A DNA stretch of 64,000 nt from Candidatus Veblenbacteria bacterium (GCA_030700105.1 JAUYKG010000016.1:2863-66862); one strand, 5' to 3'. Positions 51,528 to 61,467 are shown, counted from the stretch's first letter. Notes: generated by a model from the sequence alone, not told the origin. Translations and numbers: made by a program.

Positions 51528-51700
51528 ACTTTGGTGCGGCCGATGAATGAACACTTGCCCTGCACTGACGGAGCGTGGTGAAGTTTGGTTCGGATTGTAG
51601 GTGTGTGAATTTCGGCATAGGTACTGCGACCCAATTGTACCACAATGGTGCTACAATTGAGCCGCTCATGAATGTATGGCGTGGTTGGTTAGGTAGGTAC

Positions 51701-51727
51701 GAAAGAAGCCCCGCTGGGGCTTCTTTC
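51701..51727 (-). terminator. Terminator hairpin
   Basis: Perfect GAAAGAAGCCCC/GGGGCTTCTTTC. Confidence 0.75.
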
Positions 51728-51752
51728 AAGTTAAGACATCCAGGCGCTCCCC

Positions 51753-52046
51753 TTACTTCTTTTTCCGGCTACCGTTGGCGCGCTTGTTGATGAGATACTG
51801 CACCAACTCCTTGGCGCCAGTGGCCAGAATTGAAAGGTAGGAAGTAGAGCTTTCTAATTTTGCCTTGGCTACGTTTACAAAGTCGCCTACTTTGCGCATA
51901 CTCTCCTCAACCCCTTCCAGAATTTTTACCACGCGGCGGACGATGAGTAGAAAGTAGACTAGCATCCACCCCATGAGAAAGGCTAGGCCAAAAATCGAAA
52001 CGGCTAAGGAGAGGTTGAGAATGTCTTTACTGGTTTCTAGGTACAT
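51753..52046 (-). CDS. Small membrane protein with coiled coil (DUF948-like)
   Basis: N-terminal TM, helical tail, basic C-terminus. Confidence 0.7.
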   Translation of the reverse strand: MYLETSKDILNLSLAVSIFGLAFLMGWMLVYFLLIVRRVVKILEGVEESMRKVGDFVNVAKAKLESSTSYLSILATGAKELVQYLINKRANGSRKKK

Positions 52047-52119
52047 ATGGTAGGCGGGTTAAGGATGTTCTTAAGTATACCATTAGCCGTGGCTCCAGGG
52101 GAGGGGAGTGTGGTAGAAT

Positions 52120-52233
52120 GGGGAAAGTTAAGGGTGAAGAGTTAAGGGTAAGAGGTTGGTCCGGGTGGTTATTTTCTAATCCGAGCTTTAGCCTGGTAGC
52201 TCTTACTCTACGCTCTTACTCTAAACTTTTTCT
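52120..52233 (+). repeat. Inverted ~7-mer arrays (element J) ending at the ATG
   Basis: GAAAGTT AAGGGTG AAGAGTT AAGGGT AAGAG faces CTCTTACTCTACGCTCTTACTCTAAACTTTT. Confidence 0.75.
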
Positions 52234-53061
52234 ATGCCAGACGGGATTTCTGACAAGCAGCTTAAGTGGGGGTACTGGTGGGTGCTCCATCGTGAGCTCG
52301 TGCGCCACATAGTGGAGGTGGGTCTGGGTATTGTGGCCCTGGCGCTCTGTGGGTATGCGCTCTGGCAGGTGACTGATTGGTTGGCCAACCGGCGGGCGGA
52401 GGAGGACGCCCTGCGCCAGATCGTGAATCGAGAAATAAACATAGAGGAGTATCGTCGGACCAATACGCCGCTGGCGCTGGAAATCGGCACAGTAACGGCA
52501 GTGCCGATCGCGCGAGGGCTTTATGATTTGGTAGCAGAGGTGAAGAATCCCAACTTGAAGTGGGCCATGCGCGATGTGCCTTTTACCTTTACCGCCGACG
52601 GCCAGAGCGTACAGGGCAGCACATTCTTTTTGCCTTTGGAAAGTAAGTATGTGGCTAAGCTGGGTGTGCCACTTCGGGTACAGCCGCGGCAGGTGTCGTT
52701 GAGCTTTGATAAAGTGAGCTGGCAAAGGATTCGTGACCTTTCTACCCTTTCCTTGCCCTCGTTCAATGTGCTTAACCAATCAATCGAGCAGGTAACCCCC
52801 GCCGATGCTGGCGGGCCAACCGCTACGCGCTTGAGGTTCGGCCTGGAGAACACCAGCCCGTTCAGTTTCTGGCAGGTAGGGGTGACAGTCGTCTTAACTA
52901 AGTCCGGCAGTGTACAAGCGGTGGGGCAGCAGGTGTTGTCCGATGTTACCAGTCAAAGCACGAGAGAGGTGGAGTTCTATTGGTCCGAGACTATTATTAC
53001 CGCCGACAACCTGGTGGTGCGGCCGGAAGTGAACGTGCTGGATGCTCGGGTTTTGAAATAG
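52234..53061 (+). CDS. Hypothetical single-TM protein with extracellular beta domains
   Basis: TM helix then YDLVAEVKNPN; clean ORF coupled to rodA. Confidence 0.75.
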   Translation: MPDGISDKQLKWGYWWVLHRELVRHIVEVGLGIVALALCGYALWQVTDWLANRRAEEDALRQIVNREINIEEYRRTNTPLALEIGTVTAVPIARGLYDLVAEVKNPNLKWAMRDVPFTFTADGQSVQGSTFFLPLESKYVAKLGVPLRVQPRQVSLSFDKVSWQRIRDLSTLSLPSFNVLNQSIEQVTPADAGGPTATRLRFGLENTSPFSFWQVGVTVVLTKSGSVQAVGQQVLSDVTSQSTREVEFYWSETIITADNLVVRPEVNVLDARVLK

Positions 53062-53063
53062 GT

Positions 53064-54194
53064 ATGTGGCAGAAGCTGCGGGTGGTATGGCAGAGCTGGG
53101 ACGTGCTGCTCTTATTGTTCACGTTACTCTTGCTGGTGGTGGGCTTGGCCGAGCTCTATTCCAGTTCGTTGTCGCGGCCGGAATTGTCACCGCTTTTTTC
53201 GCGCCAACTGGCCGCCGCCGCCCTAGGGCTCGGGGCTATGTTATTGGCCTCGTTGGCTGATTACCGGTTGTACCGCTCGTGGTCCAAGCTTATTTACGTG
53301 GTGGCGGTAGCGCTGCTCGTGGTCGTGTTAGTGTTCGGGCAAACCTTGCGTGGCACTACGGGTTGGTTGCGGTGGGGTGAGGCAGGTTTTCAGCCTGTTG
53401 AGCTCGTGAAATACCTTTGGGTGATAGCACTGGCGAGTTATCTAGCCTACGTGGGTTCGCCTCTTACGGCCCCAAAAACCGTCGTTACCACCGTTCTGTT
53501 GCTGCCACTATTGGGTTTGGTGTTGGCTCAGCCCGACTTTGGTTCCGGATTTTTGCTCTTGGTAGTGTGGGCAGTTTTGTTAGGTGTTGTGCCAAAGCCG
53601 AGGCGCTGGTGGGTGATTATGGGAGGTTTGGTACTGGTGGTCGGGGTGATAGGTAGTCTGTTCTTGCGCAGTTATCAGCAAGAACGCCTCTTAACATTCT
53701 TTGACCCCCACCGTGATCCTTTGGGCAGCGGCTACAACGTCACCCAGTCGGTGGTAGCCGTTGGTTCAGGGGGGTGGTGGGGGAGAGGCTTGGGGTTAGG
53801 TACCCAGAGCCAACTCAAGTTCTTGCCAGAACAACACACTGACTTTGTTTTTGCTTCTTTGGCCGAAGAGCTTGGTTTGGTGGGCAGCCTGCTCGTTTTG
53901 GCTCTCTGGGTTGGTTGGTTTAGCCGGGTGTTAAAACTCATTCGTCGCTTACGGGACGATTTTGCCGTCTTGGTGGCTGTTGGCATTTTGAGTTTATTTG
54001 CCGTTCAGGTGGTTCTTAATATTGGCATGAACCTCGGCGTAGCTCCTGTGGTCGGTATTACCTTGCCCTTCGTGAGCTACGGCGGGTCCTCGCTCATCGT
54101 GAGCTTGGCGGCGGTCGGTATCCTCCAGAATATGATGAGACAGTACGGCTGGCAGGCCCCAGCTGCGGAGGGGCGACAGAGGACGCGAAGTTGA
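53064..54194 (+). CDS. rodA: Rod shape-determining protein RodA (SEDS family)
   Basis: FQPVELVK, QPDFGS, DPLGSGYN..QS, FLPEQHTDFVF, LPFVSYGGSS. Confidence 0.93.
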   Translation: MWQKLRVVWQSWDVLLLLFTLLLLVVGLAELYSSSLSRPELSPLFSRQLAAAALGLGAMLLASLADYRLYRSWSKLIYVVAVALLVVVLVFGQTLRGTTGWLRWGEAGFQPVELVKYLWVIALASYLAYVGSPLTAPKTVVTTVLLLPLLGLVLAQPDFGSGFLLLVVWAVLLGVVPKPRRWWVIMGGLVLVVGVIGSLFLRSYQQERLLTFFDPHRDPLGSGYNVTQSVVAVGSGGWWGRGLGLGTQSQLKFLPEQHTDFVFASLAEELGLVGSLLVLALWVGWFSRVLKLIRRLRDDFAVLVAVGILSLFAVQVVLNIGMNLGVAPVVGITLPFVSYGGSSLIVSLAAVGILQNMMRQYGWQAPAAEGRQRTRS

Positions 54195-54219
54195 CAATGA
54201 GGCTGCCTCGTGCTAAAGT
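54191..54219 (+). promoter_or_regulatory. Sigma70 promoter
   Basis: TTGACA-17 nt-TAAAGT with extended TG. Confidence 0.7.
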
Positions 54220-54280
54220 ATGAATAGTGAATTATAGAAGAATTGATTTGTTGAATTTTGGTTACTTGGTGAATCGTACT

Positions 54281-54643
54281 ATGCAACCTAAGAACAAGAA
54301 GAATCCACACCACCTTTCGGGAGACGCCCTGCGGCTTATTTCGTACTGCCCGCTGTGCGAGTCTTCGTATAATCCGTTGCGGGCCCGGGTGTTGGAAGAG
54401 CGCGAAGACGCGCATCTGTTGCACATCCAGTGCGCCAGCTGTGGCAGTTCCGTGGTGGCGCTCCTTTTCACGTCGGCTGCTGGCCCTACCTCAATTGGCT
54501 TGGTGACAGATCTCACGAGCGACGATGTACTTCGTTTTAAGGATCAAGCGGTAATTACTACCGATGAGGTTATGGCCCTGCATCAGTTCTTATTCCCTTT
54601 GAGCGCGCCGCCGACCGGACTAACAGGAGCTCTAGTGGTATGA
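54281..54643 (+). CDS. Hypothetical zinc-ribbon protein
   Basis: CPLC…CASC, GLVTDLT..DV..F; overlaps the rplY start. Confidence 0.75.
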   Translation: MQPKNKKNPHHLSGDALRLISYCPLCESSYNPLRARVLEEREDAHLLHIQCASCGSSVVALLFTSAAGPTSIGLVTDLTSDDVLRFKDQAVITTDEVMALHQFLFPLSAPPTGLTGALVV

Positions 54644-55350
54644 GTACATTAACGGTTACTTCACGCCGGCCCCAGGGTAAGGGGACGAGGGTTTTACGGC
54701 GCCAAGGGGGAATTCCTGGCGTCGTGTATGGGCATGGCGTAGCCAGTCAAACGGTTGCGGTGGATGCTAAGGCTTTTGGTAAGGTGTATCGCCAAGTTGG
54801 TGAGACCACCTTGCTTGATTTGGTGGTAGATAGCAATCCGCCCGTGAAGGTATTAGTGCAGGAGGTGCAGCTTGACCCGTTGAGCGAAGCGGTTCAGCAC
54901 GTGGATTTTCACCAGATACGCATGGACGAAAAGCTTGAGGTTGATATCCCATTGAAATTCGTAGGTGAAGCGCCAGCTGTTAAAGAGCTGGGTGGTACGC
55001 TGGTACGCGCCGTGAACGAAATTAAAGTACGTTGCTTGCCACAGCACCTGGTGCATGAAATCGAGGTGAACATAGGTTCACTAGCTCAGCTGAATGATGT
55101 TATTACCTTGGGGCAGGTAACTTTGCCTACTGGTCTAGAGGTGTTGTCGCCGGGAGCAGATGAGGTGATAGCCACAGCTATTCCACCGCGGAGCGAGGCA
55201 GAACTGGCTGAGCTTAAGGCTGACGTAAAAGAAGACGTGTCGGTGGTGGCAGTGGAGGAGAAAGGTAAGGAAGAAGCTGGTGCGGTAGGAGCGGAAACTA
55301 CTGCGGCGCCGCCCGCCGAACCGTCCCATAAGGACAAGAGTAAGAAATAG
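54640..55350 (+). CDS. rplY: 50S ribosomal protein L25/Ctc
   Basis: LRRQG.IPGVVYG, HVDF, GEAPAVK..GG. Confidence 0.96.
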   Translation: MSTLTVTSRRPQGKGTRVLRRQGGIPGVVYGHGVASQTVAVDAKAFGKVYRQVGETTLLDLVVDSNPPVKVLVQEVQLDPLSEAVQHVDFHQIRMDEKLEVDIPLKFVGEAPAVKELGGTLVRAVNEIKVRCLPQHLVHEIEVNIGSLAQLNDVITLGQVTLPTGLEVLSPGADEVIATAIPPRSEAELAELKADVKEDVSVVAVEEKGKEEAGAVGAETTAAPPAEPSHKDKSKK

Positions 55351-55373
55351 ACATTTTTACCAAGCAAGTAATA

Positions 55374-55413
55374 AAATAAGCCGGCTCTGTGAGTACAACA
55401 GACCGGCTTATTT
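55374..55413. terminator. Bidirectional terminator
   Basis: AAATAAGCCGG…CCGGCTTATTT. Confidence 0.8.
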
Positions 55414-55439
55414 AGTTTACGGAGAACATAGGCTCACCT

Positions 55440-55727
55440 TTAGTTTATGGGTTGGGTAAATATAGTTTTTTTAGTGTTAGTCTGGCCGTTAGCCAGCTCC
55501 CATGAGTTCTTACTGGTAATTATTATCTCACCATTAGTCGTAGAGAGTTTAACTGCAGGTTCACCCCCGTTAAGTATTAGTTCCAGGCTGATGATTTCAA
55601 CAGCCATTTTTTGGTGGCAGTTCTGCAAAATTGCCCGAAGGGGAAAGTTTTCGACATTTTGTCCGTACTCTTTCACCACATATTCCCACTGACTATAGAC
55701 ATCCGCAAACATATCTAGCTTTTTCAT
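55440..55727 (-). CDS. AT-rich hypothetical protein
   Basis: AAAGGAG SD 7 nt before the ATG; hairpin downstream. Confidence 0.7.
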   Translation of the reverse strand: MKKLDMFADVYSQWEYVVKEYGQNVENFPLRAILQNCHQKMAVEIISLELILNGGEPAVKLSTTNGEIIITSKNSWELANGQTNTKKTIFTQPIN

Positions 55728-55898
55728 TAGGTTCTCCTTTTAAGGAATTTTGTTTGTTTTATAGCCTCAACCCGAGGCTTATACCAGTGTACTTGAAAAT
55801 TTACTAGGCGTAGCGTGGATAAGCTGTGTATTTTACTGGATTAGGCTAAAAATAGCGCCGCATAAGCGTCGCCTTATGAATTAATTGAAGACGATTGT

Positions 55899-56759
55899 TT
55901 AATTTTCTAATTTTACCACCACTACACGCTTGAGTCCCTTTAGGTCTAGCTGTAAGGTTAGCTGAGCTCGGGGCCAAGCTTGGCGTAACAGTTCGTTAAT
56001 CGCCAGTGCCGTTGGCGGATGAAGCTCTAGTATTAGACAGCGTGGTAAACTAATAGGTGGAAGGGTCATTAGCTGCTCAATGAGTAAGCGATAGTATTTG
56101 AGGCCGTCCGAACTTCCATCAAGCGCGTCGCGCGGTTCAGATGTAAGCTCTCCTTTTATCTCGTCAGTGGTGAGGTAGGGGAGATTGGCAAGTAGCAGCG
56201 AGTTTGAGAGCAGGGGGTAGGGAGTAGCCAGTAGGGGTTTTATAAGGTTACCGCGGAGGAATGTAATGCGCGTGTCAACGCCGTAATGTGTGGCGTTTTT
56301 TTTTGCTACCGCAAGGGCAGGCGCGGAAGTATCGGTTGCCAGTACTTTTAGGTGTGGCAGTTCAAGAGCCAGTGTTATCGCGATACAACCCGAACCTGTG
56401 CCAACATCGATAATGGTAGCTATGGAACCATTCGCGTGAATAGTTCCTAAAGCTGCCTCTATCATTAATTCCGTTTCTGGTCGGGGAGTGAGCACATAGC
56501 GGTTTACATAGAACGAGCGGCCGTAGAATTCTTTCTCGTGCGTGAGGTAGGCAACTGGGATGCCGCTCCACCGCCGGTGTATGAGCCAGCGGAACCGCCA
56601 GCCGCGTAGGAGTGGTAGTGGTTCCTCTAGGTGTGCCAGTAGCTCACTACGGTTACAGCCGCAGGCGTAGGCTAAGAGCACCTCGGCATCAAGCGCCGGC
56701 GAGGGGCTGGGGGCCGATAGTAAAGCGCTACCATGAGAGAGCGCTTGAGCCCTGGTCAT
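55899..56759 (-). CDS. prmC: Release factor glutamine methyltransferase
   Basis: PVAYL…[26 protein letters not shown]. Confidence 0.95.
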   Translation of the reverse strand: MTRAQALSHGSALLSAPSPSPALDAEVLLAYACGCNRSELLAHLEEPLPLLRGWRFRWLIHRRWSGIPVAYLTHEKEFYGRSFYVNRYVLTPRPETELMIEAALGTIHANGSIATIIDVGTGSGCIAITLALELPHLKVLATDTSAPALAVAKKNATHYGVDTRITFLRGNLIKPLLATPYPLLSNSLLLANLPYLTTDEIKGELTSEPRDALDGSSDGLKYYRLLIEQLMTLPPISLPRCLILELHPPTALAINELLRQAWPRAQLTLQLDLKGLKRVVVVKLEN

Positions 56760-57808
56760 TGGTCGGCGGCGTTCTTGAGCGCCTGGATAATCGGTTCCAG
56801 GTCACCCTCCAGTATGCCGGGCAGGTTGTGCCAGTTTTGCTTAATACGGTGGTCGGTCAGCCTGTCCTGGGGAAAGTTATAGGTGCGGATTTTTTCGCTC
56901 CGTTCGCCTGTGCCAATCTGCCCGCGCCTCGCCAAATCCCGCTCCTGGTGTCGTTTGGCTTGCTCCAGTGCGAACAAGCGCGAACGCAATACTGCCAACG
57001 CTTTTTCCCTATTTTGCTTTTGTGAGCGCTCGTCCTGGCAGATTACCGTGAGGCCGGTGGGCAGGTGGACTATGCGAATGGCCGAATAGGTGGTGTTCAC
57101 ACTCTGACCGCCGTGCCCTGAGGAAGTAGTGGCTTCTATCTTAAGCTCCTCGGGTTTTAACACTACATCCACTTCGTCGGCCTCGGGCAGCACTGCCACG
57201 GTAATTGTGGATGTGTGCACGCGGCCGCTTTTTTCCGTAACCGGTATGCGTTGTACGCGGTGCACGCCACTCTCATACTTAAGGTGGGAGAACACGCGTT
57301 GGCCGGTGATTTCAAAAATGATTTCCTTGTAGCCCCCGAGTGTGTTGCGGCTCTCGGATAGTACTTGTACGCGCCAGCCCTTGCCTTCGGAAAAGCGGGC
57401 ATACATACGGTAGAGATCGGCTGCGAACATGGCAGCCTCGTCCCCGCCGGTGCCGGCGCGGATTTCAACAATAGTGTTCTTGGCGTCTACGGGGTCCGCT
57501 GGTTCCAGCAGTTCTTTAAGCTCCGCCTCCAGAGCAGTTTGTTCTTTTGTGAGTTTACCAAGTTCTTCCTGGGTGAGTTGTCTAAGCTCCAAATCGTTTT
57601 CGGTGCGGAGCGAGGTTTCAAGTTCGGTCACCTGTTTTCTTAGGGCAGTACACCGCTCGGCGAGTTCAACCATAATTCGTAGTTCGGCATGCCGCTGGTT
57701 GAGTTTCTTGAGTGCGGTCTGATTACTGAACACGGCAGTATCCTGGAGCTGCTGCTCCAGTTCCATGAGTTCTCGGCGCAAGGTTGTGAGCTGGCTCAAG
57801 ACATCCAT
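56756..57808 (-). CDS. prfA: Peptide chain release factor 1
   Basis: PVT stop-recognition motif, [11 protein letters not shown]. Confidence 0.97.
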   Translation of the reverse strand: MDVLSQLTTLRRELMELEQQLQDTAVFSNQTALKKLNQRHAELRIMVELAERCTALRKQVTELETSLRTENDLELRQLTQEELGKLTKEQTALEAELKELLEPADPVDAKNTIVEIRAGTGGDEAAMFAADLYRMYARFSEGKGWRVQVLSESRNTLGGYKEIIFEITGQRVFSHLKYESGVHRVQRIPVTEKSGRVHTSTITVAVLPEADEVDVVLKPEELKIEATTSSGHGGQSVNTTYSAIRIVHLPTGLTVICQDERSQKQNREKALAVLRSRLFALEQAKRHQERDLARRGQIGTGERSEKIRTYNFPQDRLTDHRIKQNWHNLPGILEGDLEPIIQALKNAADQ

Positions 57809-57836
57809 AGGGTGTAGTGTACCACCGCAATAACAA

Positions 57837-57862
57837 ACCCGCCCGCTTAAGAAGGGGCGGGT
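57837..57862 (-). terminator. Terminator after rpmE
   Basis: ACCCGCCC/GGGCGGGT followed by TTGTT on the minus strand. Confidence 0.65.
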
Positions 57863-57875
57863 GTAAATGTAATAT

Positions 57876-58124
57876 CTAACTGGCGTTCGCCTTGGTCTTG
57901 AGCTTGCGCCCTGTCACGGACTGGCTGCGCTCCGCGCGGCGCTTAAAGCGGTCCACCCGACCAGCTGAATCCATGAGCTTCTGTTTGCCGGTAAAGAAGG
58001 GGTGGCAGGCGGAGCATATTTCCACGCGCATGTCTTGAACAGTGGAGCCAACGTTAAAGCTATTGCCGCAGGCACAGGTAACCGTAGCTTTGGGGTAGTA
58101 GGTAGGGTGGGTATTGGCTTTCAT
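57876..58124 (-). CDS. rpmE: 50S ribosomal protein L31 (Zn-binding type)
   Basis: [25 protein letters not shown]. Confidence 0.97.
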   Translation of the reverse strand: MKANTHPTYYPKATVTCACGNSFNVGSTVQDMRVEICSACHPFFTGKQKLMDSAGRVDRFKRRAERSQSVTGRKLKTKANAS

Positions 58125-58247
58125 AGCGGAAATATCGTAGCACGGGTTATCCGCCTTGACAAGGGCCTTCCTCAGGCGTAGCTAAGTCAGCTATCCTAAA
58201 GGTAATAAATCAAATATAGTTTCTTAAAAAAGTTACGGGAGGGTAAT

Positions 58248-58934
58248 ATGATTGATCGTTTAGTTATCATTTTGGTGCCGCCGTTGCTATATATTGCCCG
58301 ACGCATGGTGGTGTGGGGAAAGTACAAACGCCAGGGCGCTGTGGTGCCTTGTCGTAATTTCCCTATTAAGGGCTTATCGGGGTTATCGCTTAAGGACAGC
58401 AAAGACCCTGATGCTTGGCGCATTTTGCTTTACTCCGTTCTGAGTTACTTTTATGTAACTCAAGGGAATGGAGTATCAACCATCGCCTTCGTTGGACTTA
58501 TATTCTACTTCGTCGGCTGGTTGGTCGCCTCTTGGGGGCGTGTAAGCTTAGGAGTTTCCTGGGCTGATATTATGGAAGAAACTATCAGTCCGATGCCGCT
58601 AGTAAATAGTGGCGCTTACCGCTATAGTCGTAATCCTATTTATCTGGGGTTGAGCATCATCTCAGTAGCCGAAGGGGTAATTTTTAGTTCCGATTTACAC
58701 AATCGGCTTATTGGAGAAAATCTCACGATTATTGGTATTCTATATGGACTCTCCTACGTTTTATACTGGGTGTCTGTTTACTATCTATTAAGAGACTACC
58801 ACCATGAAGCGATAGCTGAGGAGTACATACTCCAGAGGCGTTACGGTACCCATTACTTGAGGTATTTGGAATGCGTGCCGCGCTACCTTTTATCTACACC
58901 AAAAAGAAGTGCCGCAAAAGATATAGCTACCTAA
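58248..58934 (+). CDS. Isoprenylcysteine carboxyl methyltransferase/PEMT family membrane protein
   Basis: LV.SGAYRYSRNPIYLG, EE..L…YG..Y..Y…VPRY; GGGAGG SD. Confidence 0.85.
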   Translation: MIDRLVIILVPPLLYIARRMVVWGKYKRQGAVVPCRNFPIKGLSGLSLKDSKDPDAWRILLYSVLSYFYVTQGNGVSTIAFVGLIFYFVGWLVASWGRVSLGVSWADIMEETISPMPLVNSGAYRYSRNPIYLGLSIISVAEGVIFSSDLHNRLIGENLTIIGILYGLSYVLYWVSVYYLLRDYHHEAIAEEYILQRRYGTHYLRYLECVPRYLLSTPKRSAAKDIAT

Positions 58935-58944
58935 AATTATTCGT

Positions 58945-58979
58945 AGCCGCTTACTCTAGGAGTAGGCGGCTCTTCTTTA
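58945..58979 (+). terminator. Intrinsic terminator
   Basis: AGCCGCTTACT/AGTAGGCGGCT plus CTTCTTT. Confidence 0.75.
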
Positions 58980-58989
58980 TATTTACCCC

Positions 58990-59148
58990 TTGCTATAATT
59001 TTGGCTTTCCCTTATACTACCCTCGCTTAATCAACCATGCCTTTTTAGGGCTGTTCCTTGTCCCGCCGTGGCGGGATCCCTCAGCCGGATAAACTGGAAA
59101 GGCAGTAGGCCTGGTGAATACGCCGGGCGTAAAGGAGACAGTTTTTTT
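58990..59148 (+). promoter_or_regulatory. rpsB promoter and structured leader (probable S2 autoregulation)
   Basis: TTGCTA-17 nt-TATACT; hairpins TCCCGC/GCGGGA and GCCTGGTG/CGCCGGGC; AAAGGAG. Confidence 0.55.
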
Positions 59149-59877
59149 ATGCCACAAATACCATCGTTAGTAGACATGCTGAAGGCGGGTATGCACTTTG
59201 GGCATCAAACGTCCAAATGGCACCCTAAGATGAAGCAATTCATTTATACTTCCCGCCACGGCATTCATATTCTCGATCTCGAGAAAACCAGCATCGAGCT
59301 CACCCGCGCCCTTACCTTTATTCGTGAAATAGTGGCGGCGGGCGGGCAGGTGCTCTTTACCAGCCTTAAAAAGCAGGCCGACGGCGCCGTGCGCGAAGCG
59401 GCCGAGACCACCAACATGCCCTACATTGTGGAGCGGTGGCTTGGCGGCGTGTTCACCAACTGGGGCGTTATTGGTAAGCTTATACAACGTTTGGAAAAAC
59501 TGGAGGCAGATAAGACTCGCGGCGTGTGGGCCCAGTACACCAAGAAGGAACAAATTGAACTGCAGAAGGATTTGGATAAGCTGATGCTTACCGTAGGTGG
59601 CATTCGCACCATGACCAAGCTTCCGGAGGTGGTGTTCTTAGTGGGCGTGCGTGAGGGCAAGAACGCCATTCGCGAGGCGCGCAAGGTTGGCGTGCCTGTG
59701 GTTGGCTTTATTGATACCGATACTAACCCTGGCCTTATTCAGTACACCATACCAGGCAACGACGACGCTCTGCGCTCAATTCAAATGGTGGTTAGTTTGG
59801 TTACGGAGGCTGTGCGTGAAGGGCAACAGGCTGCTCTGGCTAATGCTGCAGCCTCTGCCCCTACTCCGAGCGCATAA
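59149..59877 (+). CDS. rpsB: 30S ribosomal protein S2
   Basis: AGMHFGH, WHPKM, RWLGG, DTD, IPGNDDA. Confidence 0.98.
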   Translation: MPQIPSLVDMLKAGMHFGHQTSKWHPKMKQFIYTSRHGIHILDLEKTSIELTRALTFIREIVAAGGQVLFTSLKKQADGAVREAAETTNMPYIVERWLGGVFTNWGVIGKLIQRLEKLEADKTRGVWAQYTKKEQIELQKDLDKLMLTVGGIRTMTKLPEVVFLVGVREGKNAIREARKVGVPVVGFIDTDTNPGLIQYTIPGNDDALRSIQMVVSLVTEAVREGQQAALANAAASAPTPSA

Positions 59878-59890
59878 GTTACTAAACTAT

Positions 59891-60481
59891 ATGGTGAATG
59901 TTAATGATATTCAAAAACTGCGGGAGCACACCGGCGCCGGTATGATGGACGCCAAAATGGCTCTGCAGGACGCAGGCGGTGATTTGGATAAAGCGGTTGT
60001 CTTCTTGCGGCAGCGGGGCACTAAAGTGGCGGCCGCCAAAGGCGAGCGTGCTACCGGAGAAGGTTTGGTGGAGGCGTATGTACACCTGGGGGGCAAACTG
60101 GGCGTGCTAGTGGAAGTGGCGTGCGAAACCGATTTCGTTGCCCGCACCGACAAATTTAAGGAGCTGGCGCACGATTTGGCCATGCAGGTGGCCGCGGCCA
60201 ATCCGTTGTACCTTACTCCCGCGGACGTGCCAGCCGAAGTTATTGAGCGCGAAAAGGGCGTGTACCGGGAACAGCTGAAGAGTGAGCACAAGGAAGGCTC
60301 GATGGTGGAGAAGATCCTCGAGGGCAAGCTCGCCAAGTTCTTTGCTGAAACGTGCCTTATGCAGCAGCAGTTTTTTAAGAACGACAAGCAAACTGTAACC
60401 GAAGTGGTAACGGCAGCTGTGGCCGCGCTGGGAGAGAACATTAAGGTAAAGCGTTTCGTTCGCTTTGCGCTTGGTAATTAG
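59891..60481 (+). CDS. tsf: Elongation factor Ts (short form)
   Basis: LRE.TGAGMMDAK, CETDFVA, ENIKVKRFVRF. Confidence 0.97.
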   Translation: MVNVNDIQKLREHTGAGMMDAKMALQDAGGDLDKAVVFLRQRGTKVAAAKGERATGEGLVEAYVHLGGKLGVLVEVACETDFVARTDKFKELAHDLAMQVAAANPLYLTPADVPAEVIEREKGVYREQLKSEHKEGSMVEKILEGKLAKFFAETCLMQQQFFKNDKQTVTEVVTAAVAALGENIKVKRFVRFALGN

Positions 60482-60494
60482 AACAGCTGCGCCC

Positions 60495-61205
60495 GTGAGT
60501 ACGTTGCGTTACCAGCGGGTGCTCGTAAAACTCTCAGGTGAGGCTTTTGGCGGAGATGGCGGTGGCATTGAACCCGCGCGACTCCGTTTGATTGCGGACG
60601 AGGTGCGTTCCTTGTGTAAGCTCGGCGTGGAGGTGGCTATTGATGTGGGCGGGGGAAATATATGGCGCAAAAGAAACCAAGGCAAGGGATTGCCGCAGGC
60701 AGCGGCCGATTATTTGGGCCTATTAGGCACAGTTATGAATAGTTACATGCTGAGGGCTGCCTTAATTCAGGCTAAGGTTCCGTGCTTGCTTCAATCTCCA
60801 CTCGCCACCGACCTGCCTGGAGTATCGAAAGTTGACGTGGTGACTGTTCGCGGTGCTTTAAGACGTAAGGAAATTGTAATTTTTGGCGGTGGTACAGGCC
60901 GTATAAACTTCACTACCGATACAGCGGCGGCCGAGCACGCGGTTCAGATAAAAGCAGACGTCGTTATTAAGACCGGACCAGCGGACGGCGTGTATACAGC
61001 TGACCCTAAAAAAGTGCGCTCCGCAAAAAAATTCACCGAACTCACCATAGCCCAGGCTTTGCGCTTGCACTTGGGTGTAATGGATAAAGAGGCCCTTGCC
61101 TTGTGCTTAAAAAATAATTTGCCGATTATCGTTTGTCGCTGGCAAAAAGGGGTGTTGGCTCGGGTGGTGCGGGGTGAAGGGGTTGGTACTCTGGTACAGC
61201 CTTAA
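60495..61205 (+). CDS. pyrH: Uridylate kinase
   Basis: KLSGEA, GGGNIWR, FTTDTAAA, DGVYTADP. Confidence 0.95.
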   Translation: MSTLRYQRVLVKLSGEAFGGDGGGIEPARLRLIADEVRSLCKLGVEVAIDVGGGNIWRKRNQGKGLPQAAADYLGLLGTVMNSYMLRAALIQAKVPCLLQSPLATDLPGVSKVDVVTVRGALRRKEIVIFGGGTGRINFTTDTAAAEHAVQIKADVVIKTGPADGVYTADPKKVRSAKKFTELTIAQALRLHLGVMDKEALALCLKNNLPIIVCRWQKGVLARVVRGEGVGTLVQP

Positions 61206-61305
61206 GGCTCTTTAGTTAGTGTCATTTTACCAATGACGCTTCGCCGCCAGATGAGGTGGCAATAGAGTAAAAGATAACGATGAAAGCAATAAGATACGCA
61301 TGATT

Positions 61306-61343
61306 GGTGGGTTGGGTTTGAAATATAGCCCAACCGCCTTTTT
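61306..61343 (+). terminator. Terminator of rpsB-tsf-pyrH
   Basis: GGTGGGTTGGGTT/AGCCCAACCGCC plus TTTTT. Confidence 0.75.
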
Positions 61344-61432
61344 ATTTTCTGTGGATTATTAAACCTACCTTGGCTAGGGTTAGCCTTTATAAATAACTTT
61401 AATTTTGCACAGTTTATTCACGTTACCATCGC

Positions 61433-61461
61433 TTGACCCCGCTGACGCTAGTACGTAGAAT
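61433..61461 (+). promoter_or_regulatory. Sigma70 promoter of the candidate ncRNA
   Basis: TTGACC-17 nt-TAGAAT. Confidence 0.75.
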
Positions 61462-61467
61462 GAACCT

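Noticed and set aside
61340..61430. Replication origin
   Set aside because: Only three degenerate boxes, no dnaA/dnaN nearby, and no switch in gene orientation.
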